Under the pieces are notes generated by a model. The model ran no database searches and was not told the origin of the DNA. It saw only the letters and a program-made list of their open reading frames with translations. DNA of 64,000 nt, taken from the NCBI GenBank assembly GCA_002269645.1, contig NIVC01001865.1, positions 42,769 to 106,768 on the forward strand, written 5' to 3'. Each line of letters opens with the position of its first letter. The stretch's first letter is position 1. Both the position numbers and the translations under genes were made by a program. Shown piece by piece: positions 48,554-61,195 of the stretch. This DNA is from Macrostomum lignano (lineage: Eukaryota).

Positions 48554-51500
48554 TGACATACGCTCGTGCAATAGTCTATGGCCGCTGCGCCCAAATGCCG
48601 CCTCCCTCATCCCTTCCTAATATATAAGTGTCCTAGTTTCATAATCTTGTTACAAGCCCCGCTAGCATTAATGTGGTCCTAAAGCCAAATAAACAAGCAA
48701 AGCAAGATACGAGCTTCGTTATTCATCAAGCACTAGAGTTGCCAGCAGAGCATCACAATGGCGTCGCAAGCACTTGGACGCATCGAACTTTCAGAACCTG
48801 AGCGCGCCCTGACGTGGCTAACAGCATTCCGTGCGCTCGCTCGAGCCAAGAAATGGAAAGATGAAGGCACCAACAGAGAAATTGCGGATAACTTTCTAGC
48901 ACTATGCGGATTGCCAGCACTTGAAAAGCTAACATCTCTGGTGGCCCCAAAGAAGATCGACGAATTGGAGTTTTCTGCAATCGAGGCCGCCATTCAAGGT
49001 TACCTTCAACCAAAGACGCGCATCACCATTGCCGAGCGAACTGGCTTCTACACCATCCGGCAACAGCACGACGAGTCTCTTCCGGATTACCTCTCGCGCC
49101 TAAGAAAGGCCGCCCAACATTGCAAATTCGATTTGCTGAAAGAGGCAGAAAGCCCAGAAGAGGTCATGATTCAACTGGCGTTAGTCGCTGGCATGCACTG
49201 TCCCACAACACAGCAAAAAGTTCTAGAAGCTATGCAGATCAAGGAGCTGTCGGTCGAGGAAATCGTAGATTTTGTTGCCCAGATCAAGCAAGTGAAAGAG
49301 TTCGTGTCCAAACAAGCCTCCACGCCGTTCACGACCTCCCCACCAAAGGAAACTGTTCCGGAGATTCACCATGGCTCTTTGGCTACAAAGAGCAACTTTA
49401 CCACTCCGCGCAAGATTGGACCACGCACTGGACAGTGTGGTTACTGCGGTCAAGTCCATGTTGCTGGAAAGTGCCCAGCGTTTGGAAAAACCTGCAGCAA
49501 ATGCTCAAAACCAAACCACTTTGCATCGGTATGTCGATCCTCCCGACCATGCCAGCTCCACAACGTCGAGGAGCTCTCAAACGCAGACACGCCGCAACCA
49601 GATACCACGTCCCTTCTTCACCTTGGGGACGCGGACACGATTCACGCTATCGACTCGGCACTGGAAAACATAGTCATCAATGGTGCTCAAATCCCAATGC
49701 AAGTGGACACCGGTGCTGCGGTGAGCGTCATTTCAAGCACTCTCTGGGAGTCACTCCGCCGCCCGGCCCTCCAGAAGTGTCATCGCCGTCTTCAAGCCTA
49801 CGATGGCCACACGCTTAAAGTCCTCGGCAAGTTATCAACCGCCATTGAGCTTCGCGGCAAGTTTCACCCTGCTGAACTGATCGTTGTACAGGCCTCTAAG
49901 ACATTCGGTCTGTTAGGCCGTGACTTATTGAACTCAGCGCAAGTCCACAGCACATGCTCCACTAGCATCGGTAACAGCGCGGATGTCCTACCCGTGATTA
50001 AAGGCATCAAGGCCAAAATGGAGACCATCGCTGGTGCCACTCCGAGGTTTTGCCGTGCGCGTCCCGTGCCTGTCGCCCTGGAATCCTCCATCAACGCTGA
50101 ATTGGACAAGCTGCAGCAGCTGGGCGTGATAGAACCAGTTGACGGCCCGGTGAGCAATGCTTCTCCTGTCGTCTTGGTCAAAAAGAAAGATGGAACCCTA
50201 GGGATGTGCGCTGACTACAGCGTTCACGTCAACGCAAAGATCAAGTCAGAGGACTATCCCATCCCTAGCGTGGAGCACCTATTTTCCAAACTAAAAAACG
50301 CCAAGAAGTTTGCCAAAGTAGACTTGAGGTCGGCCTATTGGCAGATCGAATTGGACGAGGCTGCTCAGGATCTCTCAATAATTAACACATCCAAAGGATT
50401 ATTTCGCGTGAAAAGACTTGAGATGGGAATGAAGAATGCATCTTTTATTTTTCAGCGCGCGATGGAAAGTATTCTGTCAGACCTAAAGGGCGTTCTCATC
50501 TACCAAGACGACGTATTAGTTTTCGCCGAAAACAGTGATTCACTACAGAAAAGACTTCGTGCTGTGAAGACTAGGCTGGCAGAAAAGCATGTCACCATCA
50601 ACGAAAGCAAATGCATCGAGGCGACTGATGAAATATCATTTCTGGGATTTAAAATTTCTGCTGCTGGCATCCAACCCGATGATCGATTGGTTGAGAAAAT
50701 CCGCAGCATCGCACAACCCAAAGACAAGAAGGAGCTGTAACGATTTGTTGGTCTAATAAAATTCTTTGGAAGGCTAGTACCCAATTTCTCTGGAAAGATC
50801 CAGCCGCTAAATCGACTGCGCAGAGCGGACGCAAACTTTCAGTGGACAGCTGAGTGTGACCGAGCCTTCAGACAACTCAAGACGGAGATTGCCTCTCAAC
50901 CCATAGTCCAGCCATACTCATTAGAAAAGGAACTCACTCTTACCACAGATGCCTCCAAGGGAGCGCTTGCAGGAGTGGTCACGCAAGATGGCCATCCTGT
51001 GATCTATATTTCTCGGTGTCTTTCTACTGCCGAACAAAACTATTCGAACATAGAGCGAGAAGCCCTTGCCGTTTTTTGGGCAGTCAGCCGGCTGAAGCAC
51101 TATTTACTGGGCCGCCACTTTACAATACAGACGGATCATAAGCCTCTCGAACAGCTCTTCGGCCAGTCTCGCGGGGTGCCGCTGAACACCTCCGCTCGCA
51201 TTAGCAGATGGGCACTCGCGATGATGCACCTTGACTACACCATACGCTATATACCAGGAGAGAAGATTCCACATGCCGATGCGCTTTCTCGCCTACGCTT
51301 CACTGACTCATCTAACGATTCGACGGAAGTCTGCGAAGCCATTGATTGCGTTGCCTTCGAGCCGTCTGTCATTCCAAGAACCGGGTTGCCGCAGAGCTAG
51401 AGTTGGATGAGCTCATAAAAAAAGTGATGCACCGAATTCGCTCGGGAAACTGGGCTGGCTGTTCTCAGGCTGAGAAACCATTCCAGGCCGTATCGCAATG

Positions 51501-52885
51501 CCTAACTATCGAGGACGGCTTACTGTTCAAGGGTCGCCAGGTCTACATTCCGCCAAGACTGCGGAAAGAAGCTTTTCGTGCAGCGCATGACACTCACTCT
51601 GGGTCTCTGGCGACACTCAACTTCATGAGCTTGTCCTGCTGGTGGCCTGGAATGCGCGCTGACATCGAGCGATTTGTCAGCCAGTGTGATGTATGCAACA
51701 GGCTGCGGCCCAGATTGGGGAAGACCAGAGACACCTGGCCATCGACTGAATACCCGTTTCAAAAGCTTCACGTTGACTGGGCGTACGTAAAGAATGTTGG
51801 AAACATCCTGATAGCAGTCGACTCTCACTCTGGTTGGATCGAGGCCTTTCCCTGTAAAGATCGATCCACAGATCAGATCATTAAATGCCTCAGAAATGTT
51901 TTCACACGCTTTGGTGTGCCTGAACTTTTAGTTTCGGACAATGCTCCGGAGTTCGTCAGCGATTCACTGAGAAGCTGGCTGCACCAAAATGGCATAAAGA
52001 AGATGGAATCCCCAACTTATTATCCCCAGGCCAATGGATCGGCTGAGCGAGCAGTCCAGACAGTCAAACGAGCTCTGCGGGCCTGGAACGAACGAACCAC
52101 CCACGCTGAATTTGTTCCCTATCTACAGCGATTGCTGTTTCATCACCGAAACTCATCCACGTGTAGGGGCAAGACGCCAGCTGAGATTGTTTTCGGACGC
52201 CAACTACGCGCTCCTGTAGTCTCCACGTTCAACCAAGGCGAGCGCGTTCTGGATCAGCCAACTTTGGATGTTCCACCCTCCACTGTCGAATACGTGATGA
52301 ACCGAGGCCGCAACACGGCCTTCGTGTTGGACGGGAGCGAACTGCGTTTGGCAAGCGACAACCAACTTGCTCCACTGCCACACGACGATGAAGAATCAAT
52401 GGCAGGAGATCCCGCAAACACGGAGGCAGGGAACCCCAGCGACAATTCGACCCAAGGCGCGCAAGAACAAGAAGCAGGTGGAATTCGCCGTAGCACCCGG
52501 ATGCGTCGCCAACCAGACCGCTACTCCTCATGACTGCTAAAAAAACGCATTAGCTACACATTACGAGTAACCAAAATGAAACCTGACACGCTGGATTTGA
52601 ATTAGTTATCTGTTGAGTTCCTAACATAAAGTTTACATTGTTCGGAGACATAGTTCAACTCTTTCCTTCTGGAGGGAGACATGACATACGCTCGTGCAAT
52701 AGTCTATGGCCGCTGCGCCCAAATGCCGCCTCCCTCATCCCTTCCTAATATATAAGTGTCCTAGTTTCATAATCTTGTTACAAGCCCCGCTAGCATTAAT
52801 GTGGTCCTAAAGCCAAATAAACAAGCAAAGCAAGATACGAGCTTCGTTATTCATCAAGCACTAGAGTTGCCAGCAGAGCATCACA
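48554..52885 (+). mobile_element. Ty3/Gypsy LTR retrotransposon, Mag-like, full length, pol disrupted
   Basis: Identical 204-bp LTRs (48554-48757 and 52682-52885, TG...CA); 5-bp TSD TAGTG; PBS-like TGGCGTCGC from 48759; PPT GGAGGGAGA at 52671. Domain order is gag, PR, RT, RH, IN. Confidence 0.97.
48758..52533 (+). pseudogene. gag-pol polyprotein with a premature TAA (50738-50740) and a frameshift near 51374
   Basis: Twin knuckles CGYCGQVHVAGKC and CSKCSKPNHFASVC; protease VDTGA; RT YQDD; RNase H TDAS...EREAL...TDHKPL; integrase HHCC plus D (VDS), D (SDN), E (AER). The frame continues after the TAA (KEL*RFVGLI). Confidence 0.92.
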
Positions 52886-54691
52886 TAGTGGAAACAAAGG
52901 ATAAAAAAGAGAAGATGACAAAGAGGGAAGGAATTACAGAACAGAGAAGATACAAGAAATAGAGAAGAAGAAAAATCCATTTTGTGGCAGTAGTAAGAAC
53001 AGTACAGGGGAAGGAGCTTTATACATGTATGTGCCATCACATCAGTACTGAAAGTCCGTCATCATTATGCACAACGATTATCGGGATTAAAATTTATAAA
53101 TACATGTAATTTAAGGAGCCCACAATGCAATACAAGTTGATTCAATGGCCGTACATGTACGTCACGACTCACAAGAAGTAAGAGACGGTTGAAAAATCTG
53201 TACATGAAATTTTGAATGTTTCCTATAAGGCATAAATAATTATGCAGGCAAAAAATATTCACGCCTATGAATGTCAATATACATACAATGTACATAGTAT
53301 CTATAACATGTACATGTATATAGTTCTAGTACAACGTTAATTGTACATGAATATATATTTTTAGCAAGAGCACTTATTCAAACTCGACATCGACAAATAT
53401 AAATTTACACGCAGTTTACTAGTTACTAGTTTACTTGTTGTTTATAAACTTAAAAGATACTTTAGGTAAATGAAATAAATAAAATTTTAAATACTAAGGA
53501 AAACTTTTAGCCTTCAGCTTTTAGAATATAGTTCGTGAAATTTCTCAGAAATCATTACGTCAGTTATCGACATTTAAATTTTAATAAAAAAATATAATAA
53601 CTCTTTTACAACATTTCGGTGACTATAAGTTGAATACAAATGCAATCAAAACTTTGTAATGCATGTGCTTTGTTTTACTATTTTACAGGCGTCACTTGTC
53701 AGTTTTATTTTCTTCTCAAAATAATCTTTTTTGTCCGTTAAAGTTATCCTTCAATCATTCATTGAATTGATGGACTTACTATATTAGTCATTTACATAAT
53801 TATATATAATTACATAATTAATAGTTACATAATTAATAGTTCTTGGCACGTTTTATGTGATGCTGTTCAACAATAATTTAGGGTCTTTAACTATGACTAT
53901 ATATACATTTTTATTTAAAAATTGACTAGGAGATTTCATTTTTTATTTCAATATATTTCAAAACAATTTCAATACATTAAGCAATTAGAAAAATAATTTG
54001 ATTCTGAAAATTAATTCACGATGGTTCTGGGCTAAAAAACTTCTTATAAAGTTTTGGTGCCAGCAGTCTTAGGACAGAATGTCAAGGACCACTGTAGTAG
54101 GTAGAATGTATTGCACTTTCTTACCAAAAGTTGACTTGAAAAATTAACTCACTGGCCTAGCTCTTTCCTATCCTACGCAGTACGTCTATGATTATTAAAA
54201 AACCAGTTGAAAGAATGTTTTGAGGAATAACTTTCCATTTGAACATTCTGGAGATTCTTATTTTTTATTCTATTTTCTATTTTTGCTTCAAATGAGTACT
54301 TTCAAGCTTAAGCTAATTAAATATAATCGTGACAGAATCATATTCCAAGTCCATCCATTCATAAAAAATGCTTTATATCATGACATTATTGTACCTTTGA
54401 AACTCACAATGCGAGGTTAAAAGTCTAGACTATAATAAAAAATATATTTTAGAGATCGATTTGACTGTTAGTTTTTTATGTATAATGAAGGCTATGCCTA
54501 AATTTTATCGATTAATAATTGAACAGTTCATAACTTTTTATTTCATTAGCTAAAGTCACTATAGCTTTTATTTGAATATGATTTACTCAAAGTCAAAGTT
54601 AAAGTTAATTATATTTATTTTAAGCCTGGAGTAAAATCAAATCAACTGTTTTGCATGATTATTTTTTATCGACACAACACAAGCTGAAAAA

Positions 54692-56136
54692 ATGAGCCAC
54701 CCTAATCAGCAGCAGCAGCCGCCGCCTCCACCCTACGGTTTCGCTCTCCAGGGCAACCCAGCGCCTAATCCGATGGGCGGCTATACTGCTCTTTCCCCCG
54801 AACAGCAGCAATTCCAGCAGCAGCAATATCAGCAGCAGCAGCAGCAATTCATGCAGCAGAACCAGCCTCAGATTGACGCCACAGTCAACCAGCAGCAGTC
54901 CATGCCGCCAATGTACGGCCTCGCGCCCACAGCGGCGTACACCGGGGTCGGCGGCGGCTACGGCTTTGGCTACGGCATGCAACAAGGCTACCCAGCCCAG
55001 GGCAGTTCATACTACTATCAGCAGAGCTATGAGCAGCTGCAGCCTCCGGTAATGTCTGGTCTGAAATCTAATTCAGAAGTATTTAGGAACTAGACTAAGT
55101 TCAAATAATATATAATAGAGGGTTGAGGTAATTGATGTCAGGTGGCAGATCGCTGAAGCCACTGGAAGTGAGTGGCAGATCGCTGAAGCCACTGGAAGGG
55201 AATGGCAGATCGCTGAAGCCACTGGAAGGGAATGGCAGATTGCTGAAGCCACTGGAAGGGAATGGCAGATCGCTGAAGCCACTGGAAGGGAGTGGCAGAT
55301 CGCTGAAGCCACTGGAAGGGAATGGCAGATCGCTGAAGCCACTGGAGGGGAGTGGCAGATCGCTGAAGCCACTGGAAGGGAGTGGCAGATCGTGAAGCCA
55401 CTGGAAGGGAGTGGCAGATCGCTGAAGCCACTGGAAGGGAGTGGCAGATCGCTGAAGCCACTGGAGGGGAGTGGCAGATCGCTGAAGCCACTGGAAGGGA
55501 GTGGCAGATCGTGAAGCCACTGGAAGGGAGTGGCAGATCGCTGAAGCCACTGGAAGGGAGTGGCAGATCGCTGAAGCCACTGGAAGGGAGTGGCAGATCG
55601 CTGAAGGAACGAGAAAGTTTTAGAAGATCGGGAAAAGGGTGGAAGCAGAACACTGCGCGATAGGCAAGCTGCAAAACTACCTTAGGTGTTATTAACCTTG
55701 ACAAGCCAAAAAATTGATTTTCTCTCTCAACTGCCCGTCAACACAGATGGGCTTTGGGCAGTACCAGCCCACACAGCCGGCGCCCAGCCAGCAGCCAAGC
55801 CAACCAAGTCGGCCTCCTCCGCCGCAACAGCCGCCGCACACGCAGCAGCCGCCAAGTCAGCCTCCTCCGCCGCAACAGCCGCCGCAGGCGCAGCAGCCGC
55901 CAAGTCGGCCGCCGCGCCAGAAATCCCCTGTCGCTCAGCCGGTGAAGCCGCCGGCTCCAAAGCCGCCGGCTCCAAAGCCGCGAGACTCGAGGGGCGTAGA
56001 CGCTGTAGACGGCGGAGGCGGCGGCGGCGGCGGCAGCGACAGCGACGTGAAGTCGCGCCAGGAGGCGGCCCTGGACGACTTGGAGCGCCTGATGAGCACC
56101 GACGTTGACTTGAAGGGCTTTAAGAGGGACATCTGA
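54692..56136 (+). CDS. Q/P/G/Y-rich low-complexity protein, 2 exons, 248 aa, function unknown
   Basis: Exons 54692-55048 (donor CCG|GTAATG) and 55747-56136 (acceptor acacag|ATG), phase 0; GC-rich coding composition against AT-rich flanks. Confidence 0.7.
55135..55605. repeat. 30-bp intronic minisatellite GGCAGATCGCTGAAGCCACTGGAAGGGAGT
   Basis: Directly visible. Confidence 0.95.
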
Positions 56137-56312
56137 AAAATACTGGTTGAGGCTGGTGGGGCACTGAGATTTGCTCTGGGACTGCTTGTAGTGAGCAAGA
56201 GTATGTAAGCACTTCATAGCTATGGCAGTTTCTTTGAAGGCTCAATTTTGCTTGTCCTCAGCATTAATTAACTTGACCATTTACTTATCTTATCTATCAG
56301 CTACTTCCTAGA

Positions 56313-57303
56313 TGTGTTTGGTCAGGCCATAATGTGTTTGGTCAGGCCATAATGTGTTTGGTCAGGCCATAATGTGTTTGGTCAGGCCATAGTGTGTTTG
56401 GTCAGGCCACAATGTGTTTGGTCAGGCCATAATGTGTTTAGTCAGGCCATAATGTGTTTGGTGATGCCACAATGTGTTTGGTCAGGCCATAATGTGTTTG
56501 GTCAGGCCACAATGTGTTTGGTCAGGCCATAATGTGTTTAGTCAGGCCATAATGTGTTTGGTGAGGCCACAATGTGTTTGGTCAGGCCACAATGTGTTTG
56601 GTCAGGCCATAATGTGTTTAGTCAGGCCATAATGTGTTTGGTGAGGCCACAATGTGTTTGGTCAGGCCATAATATGTTTGGTCAGGCCACAATGTGTTTG
56701 GTCAGGCCATAATGTGTTTAGTCAGGCCATAATGTGTTTGGTGAGGCCACAATGTGTTTGGTCAGGCCATAATGTGTTTGGTCAGGCCACAATGTGTTTG
56801 GTCAGGCCACAATGTGTTTGGTCAGGCCACAATGTGTTTGGTCAGGCCATAATGTGTTTGGTCAGGCCACAATGTGTTTTGTCAGGCCACAATGTGTTTT
56901 GTCAGGCCACAATGTGTTTGGTCATGCCATAATGTGTTTGGTCAGGCCATAATGTGTTTCGTCAGGCCACAATGTGTTTGGTCAGGCCACAATGTGTTTG
57001 GTCAGGCCACAATGTGTTTGGTCAGGCCACAATGTGTTTGGTCAGGCCACAATGTGTTTGGTCAGGCCACAATGTGTTTGGTCAGGCCACAATGTGTTTG
57101 GTCAGGCCACAATGTGTTTGGTCAGGCCACAATGTGTTTGGTCAGGCCACAATGTGTTTGGTCAGGCCACAATGTGTTTGGTCAGGCCATAATGTGTTTG
57201 GTCAGGCCACAATGTGTTTGGTCAGGCCACAATGTGTTTGGTCAGGCCATAATGTGTTTGGTCAGGCCACAATGTGTTTGGTCAGGCCACAATGTGTTTG
57301 GTC
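56313..57303. repeat. 20-bp minisatellite AATGTGTTTGGTCAGGCCA(C/T)
   Basis: About 49 copies, directly visible. Confidence 0.97.
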
Positions 57304-58009
57304 AGAACAGCGAAATTCGAGTTTTCAAACAATTGTCATTAAAGTTGAAGCGCCATTGTCAAACAAATTTATTTTACATCTATAAATCTTCAATTTTCAT
57401 TTCAATTTTGCTTTAAAACTTCTGCACGCTTTCTAAGAGATATATTCATACTCATGAATGAGCTCTTGCTGAATGAATATTTGATAACTGCAGTGTTTAA
57501 CAAAAATATATTATTGTTATTTAACTAATTTTTGTCAGGAACAAACCAAAGCCTTTTCTTGTTTTATCAATGAAATTTATTGTTTTTGTTGTTAATATTT
57601 TTGAGGTATTTTATGAGCATAACGAATGTCATTCTTCCATTTTATTCCAGTTGTTTACTCGACTGCGATAACTGCTTTCCCAGTTCACAGTTTGTTTGAA
57701 ATGAAACTTTTTAACTTCCATTTTTCAGACTGACTTCCTGCCGAATCTCCGGGGTTGTGTTTTTATCAGTCTTTGCAGTTTTTAACATCAGTTTTTGGAC
57801 AAATTATTCTCAAGTTTTATTTTTCCATTATTAACCTCTGACCATCATAATAGACAAGAAGTGCTGTACAAGCTTTTTTTGAAAGCTCCTGTGCTAAATA
57901 ATTACAGCCAAAGTTTTATCCCTTTGCAAATGCAAACTTTGTAGTTTGTAAGATTTTTTATTTAAAGACTCCATTTTGTCCATTCCAATAATTTTTATTC
58001 TAGACTAGA

Positions 58010-58160
58010 TTAGCAATCCACTCTATCCCTTAATCAAGTTAGTCTGTGGAGTAGATTAGCAATCCATTCTTTACTTTAATCAAGTTAGTCCGTGGAGTAG
58101 ATTAGCAATTCATTCTGTCCTTTAATCAATATAATGTGTTGAGTAGATTAGCAATCCGTT
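58010..58160. repeat. Degenerate repeat of about 46 bp built on TAGATTAGCAAT, 3-4 copies
   Basis: Directly visible. Confidence 0.7.
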
Positions 58161-58584
58161 CTGCTTGTGTTTCTTTGGCAGAATACTGAGAATCCCCTGC
58201 ACCACATAAAAGACACAATGAATCCATCTTTACGTCCTTGTATTGCAATTTCAAGAATTGAATTGTAAATCAAAATTGTTTAATTTCGAATGAGTTCAGG
58301 CTCGTAACTGGTGCGTGACTCTCTGCAGTGTGAGAAAAGAATTTATGAAAACTGATAAAATTAGTTGAATTGGTTTGCAGAAAATAATTTTATGGCAACT
58401 GAAAACAAAAAAATTGGATCTTTCGGGCAAAAGAAGCACGAAAGCAGTTCAGAAGTGGTTGGGAGGTGAATGCATTTCATTCAAAAGAACACGGCGAAAA
58501 AGAACTACTTTCACAACCATGATTCACATGGAACCACACAGTTTTCTATCAATTTTCCGTAGCTATTTTTATGGCTTTCACCTG

Positions 58585-58910
58585 AGGGGTTTTAGCCTAG
58601 TGGTCAGAGCGTCGGACGCACGACTGAAAGGTCGGGGGTTCGATTCTCGACCCAATCGGAACAATTTGTGTCCTTGAGCAAGACACTTAACTCTGCATTG
58701 CTTCAGTTCACCCAGCTGTAAAATGGGTGCCAGGATTAGCTGGGGTAATTGAGGGTGTGTGGCGACCCCCCAGTCCTTGGACTGAACAGCCTACGCAGCG
58801 CAACCTTCAGATGCGCCGCGCAATAGCTGCGGCTGAGCTGTCGGTTGCACATCTGACCATTAGGGTAGGTGTAATCAATTATTATTATTAGTAATATTAT
58901 TATTATTATT
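58585..58910 (+). mobile_element. Full-length tRNA-derived SINE with a MIR-like CORE domain
   Basis: A box TAGCCTAGTGG; B box GGTTCGATTCT (58637-58647); CORE-like TGTGTCCTTGAGCAAGACACTTAACTCTGCATTGCTTCAGTTCACCCAGCTGTAAAATGGG (58667-58727); (ATT)n tail; second copy at 13326-13593. Confidence 0.88.
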
Positions 58911-59760
58911 ACCTTTACAATGAATAAAGACCTTGGTAACGTGGACTCTACACGGGGTATCCATGGCAATGACCTTGTGTGAAAAAGCTTAGAAGATATT
59001 TTTGTGAGGCAGACTTGACAAAATTGTCACGGATTCCTGTATCGTAGGATGCCGACCGATTACTTATAAAACCATAATCATAGCTTCCATTCGCAAAACT
59101 TTTTCATCGTGTTAAAATTACTTCCAAAATATCAGGCCAAAGATCTTGATCATGGACAATGGCGAGATAGGAAGTTTTCAGTTTTTCAAGCCATTAAATT
59201 CTATCAATCTATATTTTCATGGAATGCCAGCAGACATCGGCAAGCAGGATTTGTCTATGGCCAAACCCCATTCAGCGCTGTGCAAAACAGCTAAATCTCT
59301 GCTAAATCCATTTAGAAAACCCAAGTGTGGCATGTACGCTCGTACGTTGACCTTTGCCGATCTCCGATAATAATACTTTTTTCAAACCTTTTCCAAACAA
59401 ACTTGCTTCATTTGCAATTGGGAAGTTCAGAAGGGACACAGTGTCAATTTATGAGCAGTTCTGAAAATAGGAGCTAAAAAACTCCTATCTCAATAACGCA
59501 TTGTGCAAAGGAAAATCCTTGATGAAGTCTGTCTATCTGTCTGTTGTTTTGATATACAGTATAATCTTTGAATTATACGAATGTTACTTGACCATTAGAT
59601 GGGCAATGGTCTTTTATTGTAGTTAAGGACACTATACTGCCACTCCGTGTGCCGAGCTTCATAACTGAACATTTTCATTTTCTGATAAAATTTGCTTTGC
59701 TGTTTCCTATGGGCAGACCGCGTAGCTGCACGCTACGATCAGGGAGCGAGCGCCGCTGAT

Positions 59761-60746
59761 TCAGAAGGAGGTCCGACGCCCGGTTGCAACGCGCGCGGTG
59801 GACGTTGCCGGCAGCCAAGACGGATGCGGATGAGGAGGCTGGGGTGGTGCAGCGGCTGTAGCGTTCTCGCTGAGGCTGGCGCCGCTGCTGGCCACGGTGG
59901 CCTGGCTCTGGTGCCGCAGCTGCTCGCAGGTGTCGGTGTTGGTGCACTGCGTGGCTGTCAAGCAGGTTGATCCGTTGGGCCCGTTGCGCTGCCAGACATC
60001 AAGGTTGGCCTCTGACTCGGCCTCCTCCAGCTTGGCACGCTCGGCCGCCACCGCAGCGGCTGCCGCGGCCACATCATCCTCCTCCGCTGCTTCGTTGTCG
60101 TCGCCGAGTTCGACAGCATCTCGTCGCATCGCTTCAAGGTCGACTGCTTGAGACCGCGGCCTCGGCTGGCTGCTGTGCTGGTGCAGCGACGACGCACCGT
60201 GGCAGTTGCCCTGGCTGGCCAGGTCGAAGTGGTGCAGCTCCCAGTTCTTGTCGCGCTCGAGCAGCCGCGGCCCGAGCAGCGAGATGAGGAAAGCGCCAAC
60301 TGGAGCCGTCAGCATGATGACGATGGCCGCTATGGTGAGAACCTGGCGGCCCATGTCCACAGCCCGGTCGTCCCGAGGCTCCTGAGACAGCGCCATGTCC
60401 AGCGCCACCGGCCCGATCGCCGCCTGCACCGTGGCCTTGGGCAGCCAGGAGAACGGCACGAACAGGCGCTCGCGGAAGCTCAGCTCGGTGCCCAGCATGC
60501 ACAGGAAGCTGGCCAGCATGCGGAACACCAGGCCGATGCCAACCACGGCGAGACCCTTCGCCAGGGCTGGCGGCTGAATCTTCTGGAAGTCAATCTGGCC
60601 GCCGATCAGGCCGAACAGCATCGGCTGCATGAACCACCACATAGTGTCCAGCGGCTCCAGCATCGGGTTGTCCTCCTCCGCCCAGCCGTCCCAGCGGCGC
60701 CAGCCGTAGCCAGCCACGAAGGCCAGGGTGAGCACTCCGAGTGCGC
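59761..60746 (-). CDS. slc9b: SLC9B/NHA-type Na+/H+ antiporter, last exon; upstream exons not found in the window
   Basis: Acceptor ccgcag|GC at 60746. GALGVLTLAFVAG, QPMLFGLIG, RMLASFLC...LSFRERLFVPFSWLPKATVQAAIGPVALD and TAPVGA are NHA1/NHA2 hallmarks. Confidence 0.92.
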
Positions 60747-60834
60747 CTGCGGACGGTGACGGAACGGTGTGTAGTATTAGCAGGATAGGATGTGTTCCTG
60801 TTTTTTAGCACTATTTAGCACTACACCTCTTCTA

Positions 60835-60960
60835 TCCAATAAACACCACTTCTATCCAATAAACACCACTTCTATCCAATAAACACCACTTCTAATCAAT
60901 AAACACCACTTCTATCAAATAAACACCTCTTCTATCAAATAAACACCTCTTCTATCCAAT
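60835..60960. repeat. 20-bp minisatellite AATAAACACCACTTCTATCC
   Basis: About 6 copies near the NHA acceptor. Confidence 0.9.
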
Positions 60961-60999
60961 AATAAACAATAGACACCTTTTCTGTTCAATAAACCGGCA

Positions 61000-61195
61000 G
61001 CTGTGAGGGCCAGCCCCCAAGGCACAGCGAGTGTACATGCCTGACGATTGGACAGTCAGGGCCGCTGTACACCCTGTGTGAGCGTGTGCATGAGTGCGTG
61101 CCTGCGTACAGTACTGGTGCGCTTGTGTGCTCAGGAGTCTGCGGGATGGGCAGAATTGCCTCAGCGCTGGCTGCGCGGGACAATGTCGCCAAAGG
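61000..61195 (+). mobile_element. SINE-like family 2, body
   Basis: Matches 27195-27287 and 21670-21810. Confidence 0.65.

Noticed and set aside
50738-50740. Programmed stop-codon readthrough in pol
   Set aside because: The TAA lies between RT and RNase H, not at the gag-pol border, and a second lesion is present; a nonsense mutation is simpler.
58585-58660. tRNA gene
   Set aside because: A and B boxes are present, but the sequence continues into a CORE-like body with a second copy and tail; it is a SINE head.
59675-60759. Overlapping antisense and alternative-frame ORFs over GC-rich exons (also 8246-8722, 36222-36945, 29147-29677)
   Set aside because: These are shadows of GC-rich coding sequence with no independent motifs.
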